Shown here piece after piece: positions 24,357 to 33,883 of a DNA stretch of 35,114 bases. The notes beneath the pieces are model-generated. The model saw only the letters and a program-made list of their open reading frames with translations, ran no database searches and was not told the origin of the DNA. The translations under genes were made by a program, and so were the position numbers. Within the stretch, counting starts at the first letter, position 1. Each line of letters starts with the position of its first letter. The DNA comes from Eubacteriales bacterium (GTDB lineage: Bacteria > Bacillota > Clostridia > Oscillospirales > CAG-272), in assembly GCA_045613265.1 (NCBI GenBank), contig JAZLAP010000257.1, positions 1 through 35,114 of the forward strand. The letters run 5' to 3'.

Positions 24357-24430
24357 ATTTATCTGACATTTCTGCAATCGAAAAAGTCCTGCCGATAACG
24401 CCATATGCTCGGCAGCCTTCAGGAGACAAC

Positions 24431-25270
24431 ATGAAACACATCTTGCTAATGCCCAATACGGAAAAGGACGGCGACTATAAGATTACTTTATCTGCCGCCT
24501 CCATTCTGAGCGAAGCGGGCGCGATTCTTTATGCTGATACCGCCCACGAAAGTATTATCGGAAAATACGGAATTTGCGCATGCTCCGCCGAAAACATTCC
24601 GAAGCAGATCGAGGGAATTCTCGTATTCGGCGGTGACGGATCGATTTTGAACGCAGCAGAAACCGCGTTATCCAAGAACATTCCGCTCCTCGGCATCAAT
24701 CTTGGGCATCTCGGATATCTTGCCGACATTGAAGTTCCGCACATACAGGAAATTGCGCGTTTGGTTACCGATGAGTACGAAACGAGAAGACTACACGTCT
24801 TACAATTCGCAATTGACGGGAAGAAAAAAAACGTGTATGCCATCAACGAGATCACCGTTTCACGCGGCGGACTTCCGTACATTGCGGAAATCCAGCTGGT
24901 TGCCGACAGTGGCTCGGTTTCTTATCGGGCTGACGGACTGATCATTGCCACACCGACAGGTTCGACCGCCTACTCCTTATCTGCCGGAGGCCCCGTGATC
25001 GACGCGGAACTCGATCTGATGACTGTTACCCCCATTTGTCCGCATTCCTTCTTTGCGCGTTCCATCGTATTTCCTGCGAACGCCACACTGAAGGTATATA
25101 ACCGTAGTCCCCGTCTCGGTGCGCTTTCTGTAGCGGTAGACGGCAGACAAACCTTTTCTTTACCCGCCAACACCTGCCTGACTGTGGAAAAGGCAGATGT
25201 GGATCTCCAGGTTCTCTCCTTGAAAAAACGGCGTTTTCTCGACGTTTTGAAAGAAAAAATGAGTGTTTGA
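24431..25270 (+). CDS. nadK: NAD kinase
   Basis: The ATG at 24431 has AGGAGA 4 nt upstream. Motifs VFGGDGSILNAA, NLGHLGYL, DGLIIATPTGSTAYSLSAGGP. The track's extended start at 24248 is rejected. Confidence 0.92.
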   Translation: MKHILLMPNTEKDGDYKITLSAASILSEAGAILYADTAHESIIGKYGICACSAENIPKQIEGILVFGGDGSILNAAETALSKNIPLLGINLGHLGYLADIEVPHIQEIARLVTDEYETRRLHVLQFAIDGKKKNVYAINEITVSRGGLPYIAEIQLVADSGSVSYRADGLIIATPTGSTAYSLSAGGPVIDAELDLMTVTPICPHSFFARSIVFPANATLKVYNRSPRLGALSVAVDGRQTFSLPANTCLTVEKADVDLQVLSLKKRRFLDVLKEKMSV

Positions 25271-25280
25271 GGTCATAATT

Positions 25281-25733
25281 ATGAAAAATTTACGTCAAGA
25301 AAAGATACTGGAACTTATTAAAGTATACGATATTGAAACACAAGAGGATTTGGCAGATAAGCTGATCCAAAGCGGTTTTTCTGTCACACAAGCTACGGTT
25401 TCACGCGACATACGCGCCCTCAAACTCGTGAAAAGTGCCACACAAAACGGGGGATATAAGTACGTACAGCCCCACGTTGCCGCAAACACGCAGCCGCGTC
25501 TCAGTCTTGCGCTTTCCGAATCGGTGACCTCGATTGATTTTGCCGGCAATCTTGTTGTGATCAAGACCTATCCGGGAATGGCACAACCGATCGCCACCTG
25601 CGTTGATGCTTATCATTCGCAGGATATTCTCGGTTGCGTTGCGGGAGATGATTCTATTTTGGTGGTGATTCGCGATGCAAGCAATGCAGAGCTAATCGCG
25701 GAAACCATTCGCAATCTTTTGAAAAAAGCCTAA
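25281..25733 (+). CDS. argR: arginine repressor
   Basis: MKNLRQEKILELIKVYDIETQEDLADKLIQSGFSVTQATVSRDIRAL, plus the C-terminal GCVAGDDSILVV oligomerisation and arginine-binding block. Confidence 0.92.
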   Translation: MKNLRQEKILELIKVYDIETQEDLADKLIQSGFSVTQATVSRDIRALKLVKSATQNGGYKYVQPHVAANTQPRLSLALSESVTSIDFAGNLVVIKTYPGMAQPIATCVDAYHSQDILGCVAGDDSILVVIRDASNAELIAETIRNLLKKA

Positions 25734-25751
25734 TGCGCGGAGGGCAGAACG

Positions 25752-27443
25752 ATGCTTCTATCTCTCCACATCGAAAACTTAGCGGTCATCAAATGTCTGG
25801 ATCTTGAATTTCAAAAAGGCTTTACGGTATTCAGCGGCGAGACCGGCGCAGGAAAATCGGTTATACTCGAAAGCATTCGTTTGCTTCTCGGTGCACGTGC
25901 TGAAAAAGATATGATCCGCTATGGCGAAGAATCTGCCCTTGTGAGCGGCATTTTCACCGATCTTGCACCGGTCGCAGATAAGCTTCGGGCATCCGGCATT
26001 TTTCCCGACGAGGACAACGCGCTCACAATTTCGCGTAGCTTCAGCGCAGACGGTCGTACGTCTCTTCGTGCCAACGGTAAAAACATCACCCTGTCGTCAC
26101 TCCGTGAAATATCGGAGCATTTGCTGACAATTCACGCGCAAAACACAAGCTCAAGTCTTTTGAACACCGCAACGCATATCGGCGTACTCGATGCGTACGC
26201 ATGCACCGCTAATACGATCGCCGCATACCGTCCGCTTTATGAAAGCCTGATGCAGATTCGTCACGAAATTTACGACCTCGAACAGAAAAACAAAGAAAAA
26301 GTGCGTATGACGGAAATGCTTCGCTATCAAATTGCTGACATTGATGCGGTAGCCCCCAAAGCAGGAGAAGAAGAAAAGCTGCTTGAAAAGCGCAGTCTCT
26401 TGCGAAACAGTGAAAAAATTTCAAAATATGCAGGCTTCGCCTACAAGGCGTTGCGCGGTGCAGAAAAGGGAAGCACCCATTATTTAATTTCGCGTTCCAT
26501 CCATGCACTCGAAAACCTCGCCGATGTGATCCCCAATGCGAGCGAGCTCATTGAGCAGCTTACCGAATGTCTTGTCAAAATCGATGACGTTGCCGAAGAA
26601 ATATCTGCGGTCTCCGAGCTTGACGAGCGCACCGATCCCACCGAGCTTCTCGACAAGGTAGAAGCGCGGCTTGATGCTTTTCAAAGGCTCTCCCGCAAAT
26701 ACGGCGGTAGTGTCACCGAGGTCCTTCGCTTTTACGAAGAAGCAAAGCTGCAGCTGGAAAGCTATGAAAATTCCGATACGGCACTAAAAAAGCTTTTGGA
26801 AGACGAAGAGAAAATACTCGTTGAAATTTCCGCTATCGCCGACAAAATCACAGAAATTCGGCTTAATTCCGCCAAAAAAATGCAGGCAGAAGTTGAATCC
26901 GTTCTGACTTTTCTCGATATGCCGAAAGCAAAATTTGAAATCTGCATAGAACACGATCGACGAAACGAAAAAACGGTATTTAACGAAAACGGAAAGGATA
27001 TCGTCCGTTTTCTTCTTGCCGCGAACCCCGGCGAAGAGCCGAAAGAGCCAAAGGATGCTGCATCGGGCGGCGAGATTTCCCGTATGATGCTTGCCCTTGA
27101 AAGCGTCATTGCCGAAAAGGAGCATGTTTCCACCGTCATTTATGATGAAGTCGATACAGGTGTTTCGGGAAAAACCGCACGAAAAATAGGATTGAAGCTT
27201 CTTGAAAGTGCAAACGCCTTTCAGGTTTTTTCCATTACGCATTCGGCGCAGATCGCATCTCTTGCCGACACGCATTTTCACATTATGAAATCCGAGGTAA
27301 ACGGTCGCGCCGAGACACAGGCAAAAATCTTGGATTTTGAGGAACGCGTTGAAGAGCTTGCGCGCATTTTGGGCGGCTTGCAGATTACGGACGTTCAAAG
27401 AAAAGCGGCACGCGCATTGCTTTCCGAGAAATACGACACCTGA
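25752..27443 (+). CDS. recN: DNA repair protein RecN
   Basis: 563 aa. N-terminal FSGETGAGKS Walker A, long coiled-coil middle, C-terminal ASGGEISRMMLAL signature and YDEVDTGVSG Walker B. Confidence 0.95.
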   Translation: MLLSLHIENLAVIKCLDLEFQKGFTVFSGETGAGKSVILESIRLLLGARAEKDMIRYGEESALVSGIFTDLAPVADKLRASGIFPDEDNALTISRSFSADGRTSLRANGKNITLSSLREISEHLLTIHAQNTSSSLLNTATHIGVLDAYACTANTIAAYRPLYESLMQIRHEIYDLEQKNKEKVRMTEMLRYQIADIDAVAPKAGEEEKLLEKRSLLRNSEKISKYAGFAYKALRGAEKGSTHYLISRSIHALENLADVIPNASELIEQLTECLVKIDDVAEEISAVSELDERTDPTELLDKVEARLDAFQRLSRKYGGSVTEVLRFYEEAKLQLESYENSDTALKKLLEDEEKILVEISAIADKITEIRLNSAKKMQAEVESVLTFLDMPKAKFEICIEHDRRNEKTVFNENGKDIVRFLLAANPGEEPKEPKDAASGGEISRMMLALESVIAEKEHVSTVIYDEVDTGVSGKTARKIGLKLLESANAFQVFSITHSAQIASLADTHFHIMKSEVNGRAETQAKILDFEERVEELARILGGLQITDVQRKAARALLSEKYDT

Positions 27444-27552
27444 ATCCGCCCTGTTTTCGAAACGCTTTTCGCACGTTTTTTTCAAATTTGACACATGGCA
27501 TAAAATTCATTCTTTTTCATACACTAAAAGTAAAACCTCGGGGAGAAAAAGA

Positions 27553-28488
27553 ATGAAGCTTTTGCACGAACTGCAGGAATATGTAACCGAAATCTGTGGG
27601 CTTTCTCCGGAAAAGCCTATGGAATGCAAGACCAATCAACCCATCGCCACCTATACCTACATGAGAACGGGCGGCACGGTCGATGCCGTTGTATTTCCGC
27701 GGACACCGTTTATGGCAGCGGCAGTCATGTCGTTTTGTCGGATGCGCAAGGTACCGCTCACCATCATCGGAAAGGGAAGCAATACGCTTTTTGCATCCAC
27801 ACACTTCTCCGGCATCGTCCTCTCAACATCCCGACTTGTAAAAATTACGCACATGGGCAATACGGTATCTGCCATGGCGGGAACCCCTCTGTCGCTCGTA
27901 TGCCGTTATGCAGCGAAAAACGGCTTGTCTGGTATGGAGGCCTTGTACGGTATTCCCGGCACGATTGGCGGCGCAGTTTATATGAATGCGGGTGCTTACG
28001 GCACTGAAATTGCCGATCTTTCTCCGCTTACCGAAGCAGTTTCTGCAGACCATCCTAACAAAATCGAAACATATTCCCAAGCAGAACAAGAATTTTCTTA
28101 TCGAAGCAGTATTTTTCAATCGCTTCCGAGCACCATGATCACCAAAGTGAGTCTATCCTTGCATGGAGGGCAGCTGCCGGAAGAAATCCATCACCGTATG
28201 CAATCATTTCTGGAACGGCGAAGGCGAACCCAACCGCTTGAATATCCCAGTCTCGGAAGTATCTACAAACGGCCGAAGAACCGCCCCGCATCAGAAATGA
28301 TAGAGAATGCAGGTCTGAAAAACGCTTCCGTGGGCGGTGCCGCTGTTTCGGATAAGCATGCGGGATTTATCGTAAACACAGGTGGTGCTACGTCAGAGGA
28401 CGTCCTCGCCTTAATGACGATTATCGAAGAAAAAGTCTCCCGTAAATTTAACGTAAAGCTCACACCTGAAATTTGCATCGTGAGGTGA
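27553..28488 (+). CDS. murB: UDP-N-acetylenolpyruvoylglucosamine reductase
   Basis: The ATG at 27553 follows GGGGAGA. Motifs IIGKGSN, GIPGTIGGAVYMNAGAYG, PSLGSIYKRP and SDKHAGFIVNTGGATSEDV. Confidence 0.9.
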   Translation: MKLLHELQEYVTEICGLSPEKPMECKTNQPIATYTYMRTGGTVDAVVFPRTPFMAAAVMSFCRMRKVPLTIIGKGSNTLFASTHFSGIVLSTSRLVKITHMGNTVSAMAGTPLSLVCRYAAKNGLSGMEALYGIPGTIGGAVYMNAGAYGTEIADLSPLTEAVSADHPNKIETYSQAEQEFSYRSSIFQSLPSTMITKVSLSLHGGQLPEEIHHRMQSFLERRRRTQPLEYPSLGSIYKRPKNRPASEMIENAGLKNASVGGAAVSDKHAGFIVNTGGATSEDVLALMTIIEEKVSRKFNVKLTPEICIVR

Positions 28489-28492
28489 AAAT

Positions 28493-29389
28493 TTGTCCTA
28501 TACTGACCGTGTCAAGGAAACTCTCTCGGATATCCCCGTAAAATCAAGCTGCTGCCGCAAAGCCATGCTGTATGGCATTCTCGTTGCACGAGGAACCTGT
28601 GCTGCAGACAATGAGTGCCGCATTTCCGTCGAACGCGATCCCGTCGTTTTGCTGACCGAGCGACTTGTGCGCGAACAGCTCGGGCGCGAGGTACTGAAAA
28701 TCAAGCGCTCGCACGGAAAAGAAGCATATATTCTTTCGTTTACCTCCGGAACTGCCGTAGGCATCATAAACGACAGTATGACACTCCCGCTTTCCGCCTT
28801 GAAGGGCTTGCGGTGTAAGGATTGCCAAAACGCACTGTTGCGAGGTATCTTCATCGCAGCAGGTCGTGTTTCCGATCCGCAGAAAAACTACCATCTGGAG
28901 CTTTCATTCGATGAACCGAAAGAGAATATCTCCGCATTTCTGTCCGAGCTCGGCTACGTTCCCAAATACACAAAAAGGCGCAATGAGCACCTTTTGTATT
29001 ACAAGGACAACGCCGTTATCGCTGAATTGCTATCTCATTGCGGGGATGCAAAGGCAGGCTTTGCCTTCATCAATGCCATGATCGAAAAACAGTATCGAAG
29101 CGATGCCGGCAGACGCGCCAACTGCGAAACCGGTAATATTGCAAAAGCCGTCGAAGCGTCTATCCGACAAACCAATGCCATACTGCTCTTAAAAGAGCAT
29201 AATCTTTTATCCTCATTGCCTTCCGAGCTGATATTGACAGCAGAATACAAGCTCCGCTATCCGGACTTGCCGCTATCGCAATTGGCAGCCATGATCACGC
29301 CGACGGTTTCCAAGTCCGGTTTATCACATCGCCTGTCCAAAATCGAAGAAATCGCCAAAGACATTTTATCAAAAGAAAGCAAACATTGA
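28493..29389 (+). CDS. whiA: DNA-binding sporulation/cell-division regulator WhiA
   Basis: 298 aa with a TTG start after GAGGTGA. SYTDRVKETLS...SCCRKAMLYGIL, LAGLIDADG-like middle, C-terminal HTH (LSQLAAMITPTVSKSGLSHRLSKIEEIA). Confidence 0.93.
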   Translation: MSYTDRVKETLSDIPVKSSCCRKAMLYGILVARGTCAADNECRISVERDPVVLLTERLVREQLGREVLKIKRSHGKEAYILSFTSGTAVGIINDSMTLPLSALKGLRCKDCQNALLRGIFIAAGRVSDPQKNYHLELSFDEPKENISAFLSELGYVPKYTKRRNEHLLYYKDNAVIAELLSHCGDAKAGFAFINAMIEKQYRSDAGRRANCETGNIAKAVEASIRQTNAILLLKEHNLLSSLPSELILTAEYKLRYPDLPLSQLAAMITPTVSKSGLSHRLSKIEEIAKDILSKESKH

Positions 29390-29417
29390 ACATAAATCTT
29401 GGCAGAAAGGAAGAATT

Positions 29418-32400
29418 ATGGGAAAATTCGTGCATCTGCATCTGCATAGCGAATATAGCCTTCTCGACGGCGCTTGCCGCATTTCGGAAATCCCGCGAAT
29501 GGCGAAATCGCTTGGTCAAGACGCAGTGGCGATCACCGACCACGGAGCCATGTACGGCGCCGTTCTGTTTTACAAAGCATGTAAAGCAGAAGGGATAAAG
29601 CCAATCATTGGTTGCGAGGTATACGTGGCACCGGGATCGCGATACGAAAAAACGGGAAGGGCGGATTTCTCCGGTAACCATCTGATCCTTTTAGTCAAAA
29701 ATGAGCTTGGCTATCGCAATCTTTCAAAGCTTGTCAGCCTTGCACATACCGAAGGCTTTTATCAGAAACCGCGTATTGACTTGAGTGCCTTGAAGGAATA
29801 CCACGAAGGTCTCATTGCGCTTTCTGCCTGTCTCGCAGGCGCGATCCCGCAGCTTCTTCTGAAGGGGTTATATAGCGAAGCACTTGCCGAAGCGAAGAAA
29901 ATGCATGCCATCATGGGCGACGGGAATTTTTATTTAGAGCTTCAGGATCACGGTCTTGCCGATGACAAATCGGTCCTCGCTGGACTTCTTGACATTTCGC
30001 AGGAAACCAGTATTCCGCTGGTCGCCACCAACGACGTGCACTATTTACGGAAAAGCGATGCGGAAATGCAGGAGATCCTGATGTGCATCCAAACGAACAG
30101 TACACTCGCCGAGCATAGCGTCAAAACGCTTGCCACAGATGAATTTTATTTTAAAAGCGCCGAAGAAATGGAGCGCCTTTTCCACGCCTATCCCGATGCC
30201 ATTCAAAACACGGTCAGGATCGCCGATCTCTGTCAGTTTGATTTTGTTTTTGGTAACACGCACATGCCTTCCTTCGTCCCCGAAGACGGGTTGTCACACA
30301 AAGAGAGCTTATATCGCTTTACAGAAAACGGTTTTTTGCAAAAAAAAGCCTGCCATGCACTGGATCTCGAACGGCACAGTGAACATGAATACCGCGAACG
30401 TATTGCTTATGAGCTTTCCGTCATTGATAAAATGGGCTTTAACGCCTATTTCCTTATCGTCCGAGATTTTGTCGCTTATGCAAAATCAAACGGTATCGCC
30501 GTCGGTCCCGGACGTGGATCCGGTGCGGGCAGCCTTGTCGCTTATTGCATCGGGATCACCGACGTCGATCCTTTGCGATTTGACCTGCTTTTTGAGCGGT
30601 TTCTGAACCCCGAACGTATTTCTCTCCCTGATTTTGATATTGATTTCTGCTATATGCGGCGTGACGAGGTCATACGCTACGTCAGACGACGGTACGGCGA
30701 AGACCATGTGGCGCAGATCATTACCTTCGGCACGATGGCGGCACGAGCCGCGATTCGTGATGTGGGACGCGCAATGGGATTGTCATATGCCGATACAGAT
30801 AAAGTGGCGAAGCTGATACCGCGCACATTAGGAGCGACATTAAAAGGGGCGCTGTCAAGCAAAGAACTGCGCACTATGTACGATGAAAACGAAGAGATTC
30901 GCCGCCTTTTCGATATTGCCATGGCGATCGAGGGGATGCCCCGACATGCTTCCACGCATGCGGCGGGCGTTGTGATCACAGAGCATCCCGTCAGCGATTA
31001 TGTGCCGCTTTCCATCAACGACGGCGGTATTGTGACCGAATACGATATGGATACGGTTGCCGATCTTGGTCTTGTCAAATTTGACTTTTTGGGATTGCGT
31101 TATCTCACGATTATCGACGATGCCGCCAAAGCAGTCGCGGAAAGCATTCCCGACTTTGATATTACCAATATTCCGCTTGACGATAAAGCAACCTTCCGCC
31201 TAATCTCCGACGGACAAGCCGACGGTGTGTTCCAGCTTGAATCCAGCGGCATGAAGCAGATGCTTACACAGCTGCAGCCCGAAACGCTTGAAGACATCAT
31301 AGCGGCAATTGCGCTTTACCGACCGGGACCGATGGACTCGATCCCTACGTATATTGCGCGGCGACACAAGCGAGAAGAAGTCGTGTATCCCGTACCCGAG
31401 CTACGGGATGTTCTTGGCATTACCTATGGATGTATTGTATATCAAGAGCAGGTCATGCAGATTTTCCGTCTTCTTGCGGGCTATTCTTTTGCGCATGCAG
31501 ACCTTGTTCGTCGCGCCATGGCAAAGAAAAAAAATGATATCATGCTTGCGGAGAAAAAGAATTTTATAGAGGGTGCAAAACAAAAGGGAATTTTGCCGGA
31601 AACCGCTGAATCTATTTTTAACGATATGGCTTCCTTTGCCTCTTACGCCTTCAACAAAAGTCATGCAACGGCGTATGCTATCCTTTCCTATCGCACTGCA
31701 TATTTGAAAGCGCATCACCCGAAAGAATATATGGCAGCCTTACTCACCTCAGTGTTGGGTGACAGTATCAAGGTCAAAAGCTATGTTCGTGAATGTCAGA
31801 AATTTCACATCCGCGTTTTGCCGCCTGATATCAACGAAAGCAAAAACGATTTTTCGGTCACGAGAGACGGCATCCGTTTTGGGTTATTGGCGCTGAAAAA
31901 TGTCGGCAGAAACTTTGTCGATGCTGTCATCAGTGAACGCAGCCGCGCAAAGTTCACCTCCTTTTCCGACTTTATTGAACGCATGTCCGGACAAGATCTG
32001 AATAGCCGCATGATCGAATCCCTGATCAAAAGCGGCGCCTTCGACTCCTTTGGTGTATACCGCAGTCGTTTGATGGCAGCATACCCCGCCATGATCGAAT
32101 CCGCGCAAAACAAACAGCGCAACAACCTTTCGGGACAATTTGATCTTTTTTCGGATTTTTCCGATCTTATGCCTCAGATCAACGAAGTCTATCCTGATAT
32201 TCCCGAATACACGGCACGCGAACTTCTTCTTCTTGAAAAGGAAAGCTCGGGTCTGTATTTTACAGGTCACCTGCTTGACGATTTCCGCCTTCATATGGAA
32301 TCCCTGCAGCCTGACTCTATTGCTGATATTCTGCTCGCTTTTGAGGATGATCAAGAAAAAGAGGTGTCGGATTCCGCCATTTTTCCGCGCTACCGTGACA

Positions 32401-32945
32401 ACGCCCCCGTTCGTCTTGCAGGCATGATTACCGCAAGGAGCGACAAGCAGACGCACGCCGGAAAACGCATGTGCTTTATCACGCTTGAAGATCGTTTTGC
32501 CGAAATCGAATTGATTGTATTTTCTGCACAAACAGAAAAATTCGGCATATATCTTACAGCAGATAGCGCGGTATCCATAAAGGGAAGGCTCTCACTTCGC
32601 GATGACGGTAAGCCATCCGTCATTCTCTCCGATGTGATGCCCTTGGTTGCAAATGCAACCTATCGTCACAAGAAGGAAGCCGAAGCAGACAAATCTGCTT
32701 CCGTGTCCGCAAATACCGCCGAAAAAGAAAAAAAGCTATATCTCCGCATTCCGTCTATGAAATCTTCTGAGTTTGATCTTGTATGCCGTATCTTGAAGCA
32801 ATATCCGGGAAACACTTCGGTTATTCTGTACGATACGGAACACGGAAAATACGTGCGAAAAACAGACGGCGGTGTCCGCATTGCCCCCCTCCTCACAGAA
32901 AAGCTGTGCGAGACCTTGGGAAAGGAAAACGTCATTCTTTCTTAA
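29418..32945 (+). CDS. dnaE: DNA polymerase III alpha subunit, DnaE type
   Basis: 1175 aa. N-terminal PHP domain FVHLHLHSEYSLLDGA, catalytic region GPGRGSGAGSLVAYCIGIT and PDFDIDF, HhH region and a C-terminal OB fold. Confidence 0.95.
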   Translation: MGKFVHLHLHSEYSLLDGACRISEIPRMAKSLGQDAVAITDHGAMYGAVLFYKACKAEGIKPIIGCEVYVAPGSRYEKTGRADFSGNHLILLVKNELGYRNLSKLVSLAHTEGFYQKPRIDLSALKEYHEGLIALSACLAGAIPQLLLKGLYSEALAEAKKMHAIMGDGNFYLELQDHGLADDKSVLAGLLDISQETSIPLVATNDVHYLRKSDAEMQEILMCIQTNSTLAEHSVKTLATDEFYFKSAEEMERLFHAYPDAIQNTVRIADLCQFDFVFGNTHMPSFVPEDGLSHKESLYRFTENGFLQKKACHALDLERHSEHEYRERIAYELSVIDKMGFNAYFLIVRDFVAYAKSNGIAVGPGRGSGAGSLVAYCIGITDVDPLRFDLLFERFLNPERISLPDFDIDFCYMRRDEVIRYVRRRYGEDHVAQIITFGTMAARAAIRDVGRAMGLSYADTDKVAKLIPRTLGATLKGALSSKELRTMYDENEEIRRLFDIAMAIEGMPRHASTHAAGVVITEHPVSDYVPLSINDGGIVTEYDMDTVADLGLVKFDFLGLRYLTIIDDAAKAVAESIPDFDITNIPLDDKATFRLISDGQADGVFQLESSGMKQMLTQLQPETLEDIIAAIALYRPGPMDSIPTYIARRHKREEVVYPVPELRDVLGITYGCIVYQEQVMQIFRLLAGYSFAHADLVRRAMAKKKNDIMLAEKKNFIEGAKQKGILPETAESIFNDMASFASYAFNKSHATAYAILSYRTAYLKAHHPKEYMAALLTSVLGDSIKVKSYVRECQKFHIRVLPPDINESKNDFSVTRDGIRFGLLALKNVGRNFVDAVISERSRAKFTSFSDFIERMSGQDLNSRMIESLIKSGAFDSFGVYRSRLMAAYPAMIESAQNKQRNNLSGQFDLFSDFSDLMPQINEVYPDIPEYTARELLLLEKESSGLYFTGHLLDDFRLHMESLQPDSIADILLAFEDDQEKEVSDSAIFPRYRDNAPVRLAGMITARSDKQTHAGKRMCFITLEDRFAEIELIVFSAQTEKFGIYLTADSAVSIKGRLSLRDDGKPSVILSDVMPLVANATYRHKKEAEADKSASVSANTAEKEKKLYLRIPSMKSSEFDLVCRILKQYPGNTSVILYDTEHGKYVRKTDGGVRIAPLLTEKLCETLGKENVILS

Positions 32946-32984
32946 TTTTCTATTAAATTACAGAAAATTCTCTCTTTACCGTCA

Positions 32985-33013
32985 TTGACAAATCCATACA
33001 CGCGGTGTATAAT
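32985..33013 (+). promoter_or_regulatory. sigma-A promoter upstream of the CvpA-like gene
   Basis: Exact TTGACA (32985-32990), 17-nt spacer, TATAAT (33008-33013). Confidence 0.6.
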
Positions 33014-33053
33014 GGTATCGTATGTGCATGATAGAAAAACAGGAGGCGATAGC

Positions 33054-33839
33054 GTGTCTTATCCGCATGTATTCACTTATTTCTCGCAGATTTTTCGTGA
33101 ACCTATCCATTTGATAATTGATGTCACACTATTGACCATCCTTGCTCTTTTTATGATTCACGGAGCCAGAAAAGGAATCGTTTCCACTATTTTCTCCTTT
33201 GTAAAACCGATCGGCTCCTTGCTGATCGCCTGTCTGTTTTGTCGTGTGTTCGGCGCTTTACTGTTTGAAATCGGAATATTTGACAATATGATCAATAACG
33301 TAAAGGAAAGCATCATAGAAATCGTCACCGAAGACGAATTTTTAGCGCAGAATCAGGGCAAGACCGTAACCGGATTTACCGGCATTATCGGTGCTTTATT
33401 TTCGCTTTCGGGCAACAACGAGCTTGCAACGAAGATTTCGGGTATTATGACCTGCGACGAAGCGATTATCACTGATATCGCCAGATCGGTAGTCTCAGCA
33501 TTTTCGGTTATCGTCGCATTTGTGGTCTTGCTATTTCTCGGTCGCCTTATTATGATTTTGCTTTGCAAGCTGATCAACCGCCTTTGCAAGCTTCCCGGGT
33601 TGCACGCCATGAATACCGTTGCCGGTCTTTTGTACGGATTTCTGGTCGGCGGCTTTGTCGTCTGGTTGTCAAGTTATTTTATTTATTTTCTCTGTAGCTG
33701 GCTGGGCACAACGGTCAATATTCCTTTCTTTGCTGCCTTCGGCAACGGCGAAAAGACCTATGTACAGCAATTCTTCTTTCATTTCAACCCTATCCAATTT
33801 GCACTCAAATCGCTTGCCGATTCGATGGTCTTTGCTTAA
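33054..33839 (+). CDS. CvpA-family-like integral membrane protein
   Basis: The GTG at 33054 lies 7 nt after AGGAGG (33041-33046). The track start 32985 would lie on the promoter. N-terminus IDVTLLTILALFMIHGARKGIV resembles CvpA proteins. Multiple TM segments. Confidence 0.68.
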   Translation: MSYPHVFTYFSQIFREPIHLIIDVTLLTILALFMIHGARKGIVSTIFSFVKPIGSLLIACLFCRVFGALLFEIGIFDNMINNVKESIIEIVTEDEFLAQNQGKTVTGFTGIIGALFSLSGNNELATKISGIMTCDEAIITDIARSVVSAFSVIVAFVVLLFLGRLIMILLCKLINRLCKLPGLHAMNTVAGLLYGFLVGGFVVWLSSYFIYFLCSWLGTTVNIPFFAAFGNGEKTYVQQFFFHFNPIQFALKSLADSMVFA

Positions 33840-33883
33840 GCAAGCGGCGTGCATTAACGTAAAAACTAAAGTAGGTATCAATC

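Noticed and set aside
24248-24430. Extended N-termini offered by the ORF track. These are nadK 24248, murB 27337, hisZ 4087, hisG 5235, hisA 9417, ridA 3342, argR 25263, the CvpA-like gene 32985, the lipoprotein 18927, AraC 16693 and the deacetylase 16744.
   Set aside because: In every case an internal start has a proper SD, coincides with the start of family homology, and often forms an ATGA or TGATG overlap with the upstream gene. The extensions cross intergenic signals or upstream coding regions.
27444-27552. A recN terminator and murB promoter in the 109-bp spacer (TTTCGAAA palindrome, TTGACA at 27489-27494).
   Set aside because: There is no stable GC-rich stem before the T-run, and no acceptable -10 hexamer at 16-18 nt from the TTGACA. 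I cannot support either call.
33832-33843. A perfect 12-bp palindrome, TTGCTTAAGCAA, spanning the stop codon of the CvpA-like gene.
   Set aside because: About 8 such palindromes are expected by chance in 35 kb (35000 x 4^-6). Nothing in the context suggests a function.
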